Source: Klebsormidium nitens (lineage: Eukaryota > Plantae > Klebsormidiophyceae). From it: a stretch of 50,944 nucleotides of DNA. Numbering within the stretch: the stretch's first letter is position 1; every line of letters begins with the position of its first letter. The notes under the pieces are model-generated. The model was not told the DNA's origin. It did not search any database and saw only the letters and a list, made by a program, of their open reading frames with translations. The stretch covers positions 10,304 to 61,247 of the forward strand of contig DF237501.1 in the NCBI GenBank assembly GCA_000708835.1. Direction: 5' to 3'. Positions 21,112 through 32,800 of this stretch are shown piece after piece. Made by a program: the position numbers and the translations under genes.

Positions 21112-24100
21112 TCACGGCCAGAGGTGCGTCCGCAGGCCGGCCGCCCGCAGCGCGCGCGCGAGCGCCAGCGCGTCCTCGATCCTGCGTGGGTAGAACTGGT
21201 CCCAGCCGCAGCCGGCCATGGCCGGGTCGCCGTAGTGGATCTCCACGAACAGCTCGTCAATGACCGCGAGCGCGCACGCGTTTTGGAGAACTGCTGGCAG
21301 CACCTCCCACTACAAAAGATAAAGATAGATGTTAGCGATAAATATAGTGAGAAACTAGAAAGCCAATAAAAAATTACCCGTAGTGGATCTCCAAGAACAG
21401 CTCGTGAATGACCACAAGCGCGCGCGCGCTTTGGAGGAAGGGCCGGCAGCACCTCCTTCTGCAAGGTTGAAGAAAATATTGAGGATAGAGATAGACGCGA
21501 GCAGGATGAGAAACTGTATCCAAAGTTGGCTCGTGAGTCGTTCCCAGTATATCAAGGACGGCTCGCCAATGACCACGAGCACGCGCGCTTAGGAGAAGGG
21601 CTGGCAGCACCTCCCACTAAAGACAGCTTTGCAAAGAGCGAAACAAATCGGAGAAAAGAAGAATAGTTGGCCTGCATCTCTGCCGCAGTGGGTCTTCACG
21701 GACGGATCGCTGATGATCACCGGGAGCGCTCGCGTGTTCTGCAGAAGCTGCTACAGCCGGTCGCTTGTCCGATTGCAAAAGGGACCGGTTACTACGGTGA
21801 TTCCGTTTAGTTGCATTCTCAGAACGTGACTAAATCCAATGAGAGGAAAATCGGGTAGCCACGGCTTACCGACCCGCAGGTGGCCACGTTCTCTCGTTAA
21901 AAGACCAGGCTCGATGGTCGTGGCTCATCGTCTTGCCTTCAGCGTGAGAAGCGGTTACTTAAGGCAATGTTCGTTGATGTTACTTCGTCTTAGATGGCCG
22001 CAATGAACACTGGGCAGGTTGTGAAAGGAGCAGAAGCGTCAAAAGTACTGCAAAACGAGCTTCCAAAACTCCGTTTCATACGGAGCCCGAGCGTAAGGTA
22101 TCAGATTCAGAGATTGTCGGACCCACCTCCGCTCCTTCAATGTCCATCTTAACGATGAAGGTGTCCTCCGCTTTGATGTTTAGCTCCTCGTTGATGAATC
22201 GAACGATGTCGATTCCGGGCAGTCCATGACCGGAAGCCGGAAAGTCTCGGGCGCCCACGATCGCCGCGTACAGCGTCACGTTGGGCGGGTGGGGAAGGCG
22301 CGCGAGCGCGGCGCGCGGCGGCACGAACGCGCCGGTAATCTCGAAGGCGTGGATCTGGAAGGACGACACGTGGGCGATGATGAATTTCATCAGAATGGAT
22401 GATCAAATGAAGGTCAGGGTTTTGAGCTTCCTGCAAAGGTTTGATCTGGAGAAGGTGTTGAAGATCGGAAAAAGAGAGGAGCTCCGAGGTCGCTTTAGAA
22501 AAAACCTCTCGTGGCGATCCAGATTTGCAAGAATTGAATAAGGGATTGCACTTCAGGCGGGGCAAGTATCTCGGATGCGGAAACGGCGTCCGATCGACTG
22601 ACACTTTATGGAAATATGCTGCTGTGTTCTCTGACAACAAGTTCAGCCACCATGTTCCGTTGGCCACGCTTGTCGCGACCTGAGGGTTTTTCAGCAGAGG
22701 CGTCGCCGTTTTTAGGGCAGAAGCGCGCCTACTCTTGCATTTCTAGTACACAGTATTTCTCCGTGACGAGATTCAACCGGATTGCGCCTAGAAGGACACG
22801 TGGCGGGCGCCCACCTCGTCGAAGTTGACGGGGTACGTCCGCATGAACCAGGCCGTGCTGGTGTCAAAGGCGTTGGCTCCCAAGTTCAGAAACACACGCC
22901 TGGATTTGACGGTTGGAGAAGACAGTGAACATTCCCAAAGTCTGCATCGATGTTGGAGATACGTCGCTTCCCGCGAGAAGACATGTCTTACCTAACAGCT
23001 GACTGGGAGTTGGCCGGTGTGGTCTCTCTAACGATCTTTTGGCACGATCACCGGCCGGCAGCGTACAATCACCAAATCTGAAATCTGCATCCGCTGTTTC
23101 TTTAAACGCTTCAATCTCAGCAGCATGCTGCTGCAACTTTCCCTGCTCTGATAAGCACATTGGCGGCCCCAATGCATCACGATAGGGGGAAAATTACGTT
23201 CGCCCGAATGCACCGAGATCTGGGAGAAAAAGTTTCAAATGGTTTAAGGGCTGAGAAGGAACACTCTAGAACCTTCGCATTAGATACAGGGACAAGCTAA
23301 GTCGGATGCGGTCAGGAATTCGCACCTGCTGGCAGATTTGAGGTCGACCTGATTGCCCAAAAGCCAGGGAATGAGGTGGCTAGGATCCTCCACATCTGAA
23401 AAGAACAGGCGTAAAACAATTGACGGGTTTTTGAGACGCGGTTGTCTTGCAAGCTAAGGTCTGGGCAATGCGTCTGGAAAGCTGATATATGATTTGGCTC
23501 CTGAAGATTGTCTTGGACTGCGGCCGCATATGCTTGACATTGAAACCAAACCTTTGCCTTCTTCACGTCAGGTCTTAGCGATGATTGAATGGATTTTAAG
23601 AATAAAGCTGCCAACTCGGAGAAACAATTTCGCCCGTAATCCCTTCAAAGTCTCGATCAGCAAGCAGAATATGTTTGCGGATATCTTAGAATGCCACCAG
23701 AAGCCTTACCGTCCGTCTGCCCGTACGCGTATCCGGGGCGAAAGTGAAGGCTGCAGAACGGAACGGAAACCTCAAAACCTTCCGATCTTCTGGCGCATCA
23801 GCATTGAAGGACAAAATGCAATTGAAAAAATTCGGCAACTCGCAACTCGAATGAGGATGGAAAAGCTTCTAAGTCGAGCTTCAAGAACTATCAAGCCTTC
23901 TCATCTTTTCTGTGCAAACTGAATTAGGTCGGACCTTTTGCAACAGGGCACACTCACTGAGGTTGCAGTTCTTCGATCAGCATTCCGTTGACCCTTTCCG
24001 CGGCCGGAAGACCCATCCGCTTGGCGTACACTCCGGAGCCCTCCATCAGGGTCCTGTTCCGGATCATGCACTCGTTTACTGTAACCCCTTTGCGATCGCA

Positions 24101-24980
24101 CGGCGCGCAAGGGGGACACGTGGCGCACGCAACACAATCGCAGGGCGGGCAAACCACGATCGATGCATCGCACGGCTGAGACCCGCAGGCGCAATCACAC
24201 GGCAGCTGGGGCGGACACGTGTCGCCTCGCGGCTGCCCCGCGAGCGCTGAGGTCAGCGGGAGGTCTCGCGCGCGCGTCCAGTCGAGGGGTGACGTCAGCT
24301 CGGCGCTCCGGCGGTCGACCGCAAGCGACGCGCGGCGCAGGAGCGCGCCCGTGAGGAGGCCGACGGCGAAGAGGGCGAGAGCGATCAGGGTTTGGAGGTT
24401 TGGGGGCTGGGGACTAAGGGAGAGCGTAGGGGCATCATCTTGACTGATTGAACTTTGAAAGAAGTAAAGGTATTGGCGCGGAGTTTCGTTCTACCCGGAC
24501 CTCTTCTCAATCCAGCCGCACAGCACTTTGTAACCCCTTCAAAACCCCTTGAAGTGCTCACTGTGACCCGCTTTCCTCTATAGCTACTGTAGTCGCTCTT
24601 TCTGACGACGACGAGTCTGCTACAGAAGATCAAATCACTGCAGTTTACCAGAAAACAGAGCTGCGAAGGAGTCGTCAATCATTCAACCGAGCTGTGTTGT
24701 CGAGTGAGTAAAGAAGAAGCCTGGCGTTGCTTTCGAGGAGCTTCCTACCGCCGCGGTAGTGACCATGCGGCTATGCTTCTTCCGGTTCGTGCTTGTGTGA
24801 AAGTTAGCTGCGCTTCTTGTGGAATCGGCAACAAAACTCTGCACTTCGTTGTCAAGGGTTCTTGCAAAGGTCCGTGGAAGACGCCACTCGATCCTTCTCT
24901 CGCTGCGCGCCTGAAAGTGAACTAGTAAAACAAATTCGCAAAGAAGTAATACTTGTTAGTAGTTACTTGGAGGCTGCCAT
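21112..24980 (-). CDS. Type II membrane FkbM/Methyltransf_21-like SAM-dependent methyltransferase, 7 exons, about 373 aa
   Basis: Exons 24980-24967, 24443-23958, 23750-23710, 23395-23326, 22899-22815, 22354-22127, 21309-21112, total 1122 nt with phases compatible. Signal anchor LIALALFAVGLLTGALL. Motifs RVFLNLGAN, WFMRTYP, IHAFE, VKMDIEGAEWEVLP, IDELFVEIHY. The 14-nt first exon is inferred. Confidence 0.85.
21374..21760 (-). pseudogene. Three degenerate copies of the 5' end of the methyltransferase last exon
   Basis: AG|AAGGAGGTGCTGCCG (about 21458) and AG|TGGGAGGTGCTGCCA (about 21616), plus a more decayed copy near 21750, echo the true start AG|TGGGAGGTGCTGCCA at 21309. The copies carry indels or stops. 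Confidence 0.75.
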
Positions 24981-26809
24981 ACTTCGCACCCTTCCCGTCA
25001 CAACTGCGCGCTCCGCACTCCACATATGGGTCCACAGTGCAAGCAATCAGCTTAGAGATCATTCTACCTCTATTCTGAGGACTGCAAGTACAAGCAGACT
25101 CTTCATCCCGCAAATCAGCAGCGGCGTCTCTCTGGTGCTCTACAAGCTGTAATTGTCGTGTGCAGATAATGCATGAAGTTTGTTTTGCATAGCCGTGAGA
25201 AGACCCATCTACCGCTTTTTACATATTGCCCTACTAACGTACTGCGGCGGCCTCGACGTCCCAATGATCAGAGTAGATCAGTATTCCGAGCAGCCACTTG
25301 ATTGCACAAGCCTCATGATCCCCGAAAAGGAAGAGAATGTTGCAGCTCCTGCTGACATTGATGGTTGCGCTGCCTAGATTGAATCCTAGACCGGAATGTT
25401 TGTTGCGCTACTTTCCAACGTCGTGTTAAAGACGGCCCCTTCGCAGCTCCCTTCCGGCCTGCCGATGACATCAAAGATGCGGCCTTCGACGCTCCCTCGA
25501 TCGGCCATTAATCACTAACAAAATATTGAGAGCAATGATTGTTAGAAACCTATAATCTGCTGATCCAACATCGGCCACTACTTTGTCCGCTTATGTTGGC
25601 AGGGCCCCAAATCCATCTTTGATTCCGATGAGCGAGCCGTTTTTAATTCATGAGTTAGCGATGAAGTCACAGGAATCTGCATCCATCAACCCGCGATTCC
25701 GATATTGCATGGATGTGAGACCTCATCTTATCATGTTGTATCCCCCGCTCGGATCGATGGCCTATTGGCTACGGCGAGGTCGAAAAGTGACCATCGATGC
25801 TCAGGCGTCGACGATTTGCATTTCCAATCACGGGCTGTCGAACCGCAGCCAAATGACGGTCAATTGCTGTTCGGAGTCTAGTCCACATCTGAGGAGAGTC
25901 TCTGATACGTATGAGACTAGCTCTTGGTCGAGCTCATTGCACAACGATGCATTACGATGCATTACGATGGACTTATCACTCACATTGGTCAGTCGACTCT
26001 CACGAACATCACTGACTTTCAATGTCGCCATGGATCATGTTGCGAGCTCAGACAATTCAACGGCCCGTTCTACGCGATCAAAGAGTCTGCAGTTGGCAGG
26101 ATTCTGAAACTTGGACGCAAACGAACAATTTTCCACTAAAGAACGTGCAAAATCTCTCATAGAAGTAGAGACAAGGTTGTGTCCAATCTCGACGCGCTAC
26201 TTCAGCCTTCTATCACGACACCAAATTGACGGTGACTTTGTTGGCCCAAAGCCAGCCGCCAGAGTTTGGGCAGTTCTTTCAGCACGCCCGACTGGCTGCT
26301 TCAGAAAACAGATTTGAAGGGCCTCCGAGTCCTTATCAACGAAAGTAGTGAATTAATATTTTCCTCGCCGCATAGCTTTTCTCGCCCACTCTATAAGATT
26401 TGATACCTCTGGTAAACAAAATTGCCCCTATTCGCGGGAACAAAACTTTTCCGTTTTTGCAGACCAGCCCCGTAGACTAGGTCGCTCAACAAAGGCTCCG
26501 GGCTCGTCCGCTTTTATTGCGTCCCAAAACCCAATCGACTCGAAGTACGGCGATTTTCTTGTTCATAGATTGAACAGCAAGAAACGGGCGCTGTCGAAGA
26601 CTCGGTACGAATGTCGGGAATCTTAGCACCCAAAGAATCCTATATTCCGGTTGCGCTCTATTCCGCGGACCAATGGGCAGAACACCTAAACAACTTGCAC
26701 TTTTTCAACTTGGTAATGGCCTCTGATGGCGTAGACTCCTTTCATAAATAAAGTTGGGCGCTCAAGAAACCTCGTACGCACTTCCTTATTCCGCTCTCCT
26801 CATTCCGCT

Positions 26810-29800
26810 CTACGCGCAGAGCGGAATGGCGCCCGGATTGCCGGCCTGGCACGGCCCGGAGCAGCACGCCTTCTGCGTTCCGGGCGCGTTGAAGCACGGG
26901 TTGGTTCCGGCGGGGCAGGCAAAGGACGGATCGTAAACTGTGGGCGAGGAAAAGAAGAAAGAGAAAACCTTTTTAGACAGTCAGAAAGACACGTGGGGAG
27001 ACATGAGGCATTTCCAAAATCAAGTAGCTGTTGATGTTCATCGTGCAAGGATTGAGCTCGGCGCCGTCCGATTGTGTCCGATTTGTCAAGCTGCCAGCTC
27101 GAGTTCTGGACTTGCGGCCAGGAAAAAAGGTGGAATTCGCTACGAGTCCGCTGACGTCAAAGATTGCTTCGAGATGACGAACTTTGAATAGGTTTGGATG
27201 ATCCGAAGCCGCACGCGCAACGGAAAGCGAGCTGCGAAGACTTGGGTACGAAAAAGCCTTGTCGGCACTTTGAAGCAAGGTGCTGAAAGTCCATAACCAG
27301 AATAGAAGCTAATGCAGAACAAACAGACAGTAAGCAGGTGAATCCCTGGTAACAATCCGCGGGAAGGGTGACCAGCTTCTGACAGGAAGAGTCGTCGTGA
27401 CAAGGATTAAGCAGGGAGCTTTTAAAACGCTTGTGACTGGTAACAAATGTACAATATCCGGCTTCTGACAAGAAAATTTGCGGTCAAGGAGTAACCAAAG
27501 AACGTTAACCAGCTTCTGACAAAAACACGTGGTAACGAGGGGTCACCAGGGACGTTAAACAAGGTTTCACGCACTTGNNNNNNNNNNNNNNNNNNNNNNC
27601 CACGTCGTTGAAGCACGGGTTAGTGTTAACCGGGCACACGAACTCGGGCCCGTAAGTGGCGGCCTGGGCGGGAGTAGCCCCGGTGGTCGGGGCGGGGGTT
27701 GTCGGGCCAGGAGTGGTCGGGGCAGCGGTGGTCGGGGCCGGAGTAGTCGAAGCCGGGGCCGGACTAGCGGCTGCACACGAGAGGCGTATGCATTTGCGAT
27801 CAGGGTTTCCCTCTTTCGGGTTTACAAAATTCCGGGTGCATAACGGTTTCAGGGGTGCATGGGCAGGAATGGACGGGGTGGTCGGACCAGGAGTGGCCGG
27901 GGCCGGGCCGGAGCGGCTGCAAGCCAAAAAAGTCAAGTTTTCGAGTCTTAGGTTTTGGGGTTTTAGGGTCTTAGGATTTTCAGGAAGGCCCCGGTGATAG
28001 TAGGGGGGGTGGGATTGGTCGGGGTGGTCGGGGCCGGGGCCGAAGCGGCTGCAAACAAATGGCGATCGCTGTTTTAGGTTTTTTCAATGTCGGGGTTTTC
28101 GGAGTTCAGGGCTTTTAGGGGTTTCTAGGGGTGAGGCAGGGGTGGTCGAAACGGAGCAGCTCGAAATCGTGCGGTGGTTGGGCAATAACTGTCGCTCTAT
28201 GTAAGCAGGCACAGTCTCTTAAACGCATGAGGCGGAGGCGGAGGTCGTATGAGGCAACTGCCTACTGGCAGCGAAGTGGGGGCGGAGCTTATACGCTCTA
28301 ATACGCATGGACTATGTGATAAGTAAGGAAACCCATGGACTACTGAACGTGAAAGTGAAGCGAACGTCTTACGCCAGTCATTCTCAGATGCGACAATACC
28401 CAAGCGGAGGGCGTATGTCGGTATAGCTTACCGGACACGAAGCCGAGGCGGGGGTCGTATGACGTGGTGTCAACCACGAGGCCGAGCGCGGAGGCGATTC
28501 CGGACCACTGGATGTATTTGAAGTTGGTGTTGTCGCGCGTCTCGCCGTCGCCGTCGAGGACGTCCGGTTTGTTGTCGCCGTCTTGAGCCACGAGCAAGCC
28601 CAGCGGGAAACCCGGAAGGGGTACGTTGATGACCTGTGCGGAGCAGCGGATACGAAGGGTCTCAGTTTCATGCCAGATTCTCCTGTCTAAGTAGGCCGTT
28701 CTGGCAGGCCTTTTGTCTGAAAAGTTATGTCACCATTACTATAGTACGTTCAAGCTATAAACCGCATAGATGATGTTGAGTAGAGCCCACTGAAACCTCT
28801 CCTTTCTAGGACGAACCAATTCAACTACAGGGCTCGTTCCTGAATAAGCCCTAACAGGCAGCAAACTCAGCGAAGGCCAAATAAGATCGTATCTATTGAA
28901 GTGACCGCCAAATATGCGCCCACCTGGCCATTTTCGCAACGCTCTTTACGTACCCATTGCACTCACTTGGGTGACGTCGAGATGGGTCGCTGATGCGTCA
29001 CTGGGATCTGGCGAAGATGAGACGGAATTCTGAACAGCAAAATCCAGCGACAACGGTTGAAAACCAAGCGCCCACCTGTCCCCCGTCACAGTCCTGGATG
29101 CTGTCGACGCCGTTGTCCGGGTTGTTGACGACCTTGAAGCTGCCGATGAAGCGGTTATTGTTCAGCCGTGAGTAGACCGCGAACGTGTCGTCACCCTGGC
29201 TGGACGCGAGGAGGTACCCTCCGTCCGAGTTGGCTGCAAAATAAAAACGATTAGTTGGAAACCCACCTCATTTCTTGCAGGAACTGAAGAAAAATTCTGC
29301 GTCACAAATGTGTCGTCCCCCTGGCTGGATGCGAGGAGGTACCCACCGTCCGAGTTGGCTGCACGAGATAGTTCCATTTGTTCGGAAGATGGCACATGTT
29401 CGAGCTGGATGCGAGACATTTCTTTCATCTTTTAAGACTTTGGCACTTTCTCTGGTAGTCAAGGGGTCTGCACCATTCGAGTTGCCTGCGCGAGAGGCTC
29501 CTTTTTATCTCTAGCTTTGTCAACATCGCGGCAAGTTGACCGTGTAAGGGTCTGCGTCGCTCAAAACCCAGGTTCTCGTCAACTTCCGTCTCTGGTCTGG
29601 TGACTCCGGATCCCCGCGCGTTGTCTGTCAGAACGGATGGAAGGAGAACGCGGGTTTTGCAGTCCGAGACCCCCACACCGATTGGTACTAGTCAGCTTGC
29701 GTGCGCAAACAGGTTGAAGCGGGGCTAGCCACGCGCGCGACCTACCATAACCCATGGTAACGTAAATCAAAGCCTGTTGTTAACCGACCAGCCCGACTTC

Positions 29801-32800
29801 CACCGAGCGCTCAAATGCAGGCCTTTATACCTGGCCGTCGTGACAGGAATCATTCGGTGACCCGGAATGTTAACCAAGTCAATTTGAGTTGCGTGTGCGG
29901 AGTACCAACCGGTGTGGGGGTCCAGAAATGAAAACTGGAGTCCACGTTCTCCTTCCATGCATTCTGTCAATCAGCCCCATCATACCGCCTCGCTCACAGC
30001 GTCACTTCGTCACCATAAAATCGACGCTGGTCTGAGCGAATGAGACCTTGTCATGGGATAGCTTCAAGCAAACGTGAACACCAGCTTCTTGCAAACAGGT
30101 GAACGATTTCTTGGTGAGCACCAGGAGAGTCACGCTCTGGGACTTGGTGAGAAGCACAAGCACAAACTTAAAGCTCAGGTGATTCCAGCACCCGCAAAGT
30201 CAGTCCCCGCAGAAAAAGGGGCTCTTCGCTCAAGAACTGAGGATTCAAGAGAAGCAACTGGAAACCTCCAAAGCCTTGTCACCTTGCGAGAAGTAGATTG
30301 TAAGCCCCTCCACGTCAGCCTCGAGGTTCTGCCCACCAAACCCGGGGTCTTTGGTGAAGTCGTATACGCACTCCTCCTCCTCAGTGTCATACGTATACGG
30401 CACGCCGAATTCCCTCGTCTTGGCGAACAGAACCGGGGTCGGCGCTGCCGCAAAGTCGAGACCGATCCGCCAAATACCCACGTCCTCCTACAATGATTAC
30501 ACAAGAAGTTTGGCTGCTCCCCATGCTAATCACAAGACTTGACTTTCGGGTTTTGGACAGATAAGCGGGCTAACTTTGTTCCAAGGTTGGCTACCGCCGG
30601 ATTGTGATTATGGACGATAACCATTTTCTAACCAGCCCATAAGCATCCCGTAACCATCCATGGTTAAGGCCGAAAATTGCTGTGTCAATGGGAGCAATCA
30701 CGGACAACGCTGTGTGATCAAGCAACCAATTCGTCCAGCCACGAAGCAGGTCGGGTGATTACTGGCGGCAAGTGACAGTCCACGGCGAAAGTGTAAGAGA
30801 AGGTCTAAAACTGCAAGCGGTCTGCTGCCTACTTTCGATGATTAGCACGCAATACAGCTGGTAGTCAAACCCGTCGAGGGCTGTGGTCTGCAGACGATCC
30901 CAACAGAGAGACACTGAAACTTGGGACTTTTGAAACAGGTTCGCCTGCGACTATCAACAAGGACTGCAGAGGGATCCGGCGTGACTGTTTTCTGCCGTGC
31001 CCCTCACCTGTCCAGCATACAAGTAGCCGGCGTAAGGATCGACGACCATGCCTTCGAACTGGGCCTCCTCGCCCGGGTCCTCGCACGGAGTCCTGCGAGG
31101 ATTCGGATGGAAGTTTCTTCTTTCGCCTTCTGGGCTTCTCTGATTCTTGGCAATTAAAGTTGAATCCATGTTACTGGGTCCTATCTAAGAAGATTGGGAA
31201 GCAATCCTGCAAACCTTGAAGATGTCAAACCAGAGTGTCCACTCCTTACGAGTTGCTTCAAGGCTTCTTTATTCTGATCTTAGCAACAAAGCCTGTATGA
31301 CTGAGGTGTCCTTTTCACTGGGTCTTCTACTTTAACGACTCCCGTAGCTGCGCCTCGTAACGAGCTCGTTCCTTCAAAACGTTGAAGCTTTTGGATGGGA
31401 AAAGTGATCCCTCTTTCTGTCTAAAGGTGCTCTGCAGCTGTCGCGCAGAGTGCGCATTTTCACCGGACGCTTTTTCAACTCACCAGGTCGTCCCGTCGGG
31501 GAGTGCGAACACGCTCGGCACGTCCAGGTCGGCGACCTTCCGGTAGCCAAACGTTCCGGTCGCCGGGAACGGAACCAGCTCCAGCTGTCCGAGGCGCACG
31601 CGCGAGCGGCGCGTGCAGTAAACGACGACGGTGCCGTCGGCCTTCTTATACGCGGCGACGCCGTAGCACGTGGCCTGGACGTTCACTTCGTTCTGGAAGC
31701 AGATGGGATAGCTTATTAAGATCGTTACGACTATATCTCGTTGCTTGCTTATGAAGGTTCGGATTGGCGATGCGAAGAGAGAATGAATCCACAAAATGAG
31801 GAATGTCCAAAGAAGTGCAAAATGGGTTCCATAGAAGGCCTCCTTTAAAGACGTGGGCAGTCGTTGTGAAGAAGCGGACACAAACTTTGACATCTCAGGA
31901 CGTTATCGTGGGCGCTTAAGCTCGGGCACACAACTCGTTTCCTTTGTGCTGCACCGTTCTGAGGCGAAGATAGCCGTCCTACTGACATCAGCCAGCATGA
32001 AAAGCAGAAAGACTTTGCCTTAAAGGAATATCAGTCGGTGCTAAGCGGCTGCTGGAAACCACCATAAGAACGACTTTTCTACCAAGCTCTCTAGATATCG
32101 GTCTGTTTTTTCTTGCACACTTGAGCGAGGACGTACTGATCAGATCGAACAGTCCCTAGTCAGAATTCTGCTAGCTTTTGAAGGGTCGGTTTCACCGTGA
32201 GATCCCGCTAGCACTGAAAGAGAAGGGTTGGCTTTTTAGTATATACTTGCGTGCGGACAGTTGCAAGAACGCACCTGGTTCGCGTTGAAAATGAAACCAG
32301 CGGAGGCGTCAGTAATCTCGGTCAGGGGGGTGCCTGACAAATTGATCTTCCAGATCTTGAGCTTGTCGAGGCCACGGTCGGAGCCAACGATGATGTCCAG
32401 CGTCTCAGAGCCCAGCTGGACTCCATACACGATGTCCACGTTGTTGATGCGCCCTGCCAAGTTACGCACACGTTTTGATTTGTAGGTTGATGAAAACGTT
32501 GGAAGCTCGTCGCCCAAAAAGAATGTACCTTCCGTGAATACGTGGCTTTGAAGTACATACCTGATAGTCCTTTCCGCCAGAGCGAGTGTACACCAGATGA
32601 AAAACGAAAGACTGGAGCTAAGCCAGTTTGTGGTCGACGTGAGTCCTGTTTAAACAAGGCTGGTCAGGCTTCAGGCATGTGTCTTCACTATAAAGTTCGT
32701 AGTCCTTTTCATTGAGCTTCATATTGCTAGCACTGGTCACACAGCCATCACACAACAATGAATGTATCTACTTGCAGATATAGAATTCAGCTGCCGTGTT

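Noticed and set aside
24385-24678. Apparent frameshifted start of the methyltransferase (MMPLRSP...KP*)
   Set aside because: A 14-nt ATG exon at 24980-24967 splices in frame to the acceptor at 24443, so no frameshift is needed. This is still unconfirmed by cDNA.
25583-26139. Overlapping short ORFs between the methyltransferase and phytase
   Set aside because: No recognisable motifs, consistent splice structure or codon signal.
27330-27530. Three GCTTCTGACA-containing repeats as a possible CRISPR-like array
   Set aside because: The units are short, degenerate and irregularly spaced inside a eukaryotic intron, and there are no cas genes.
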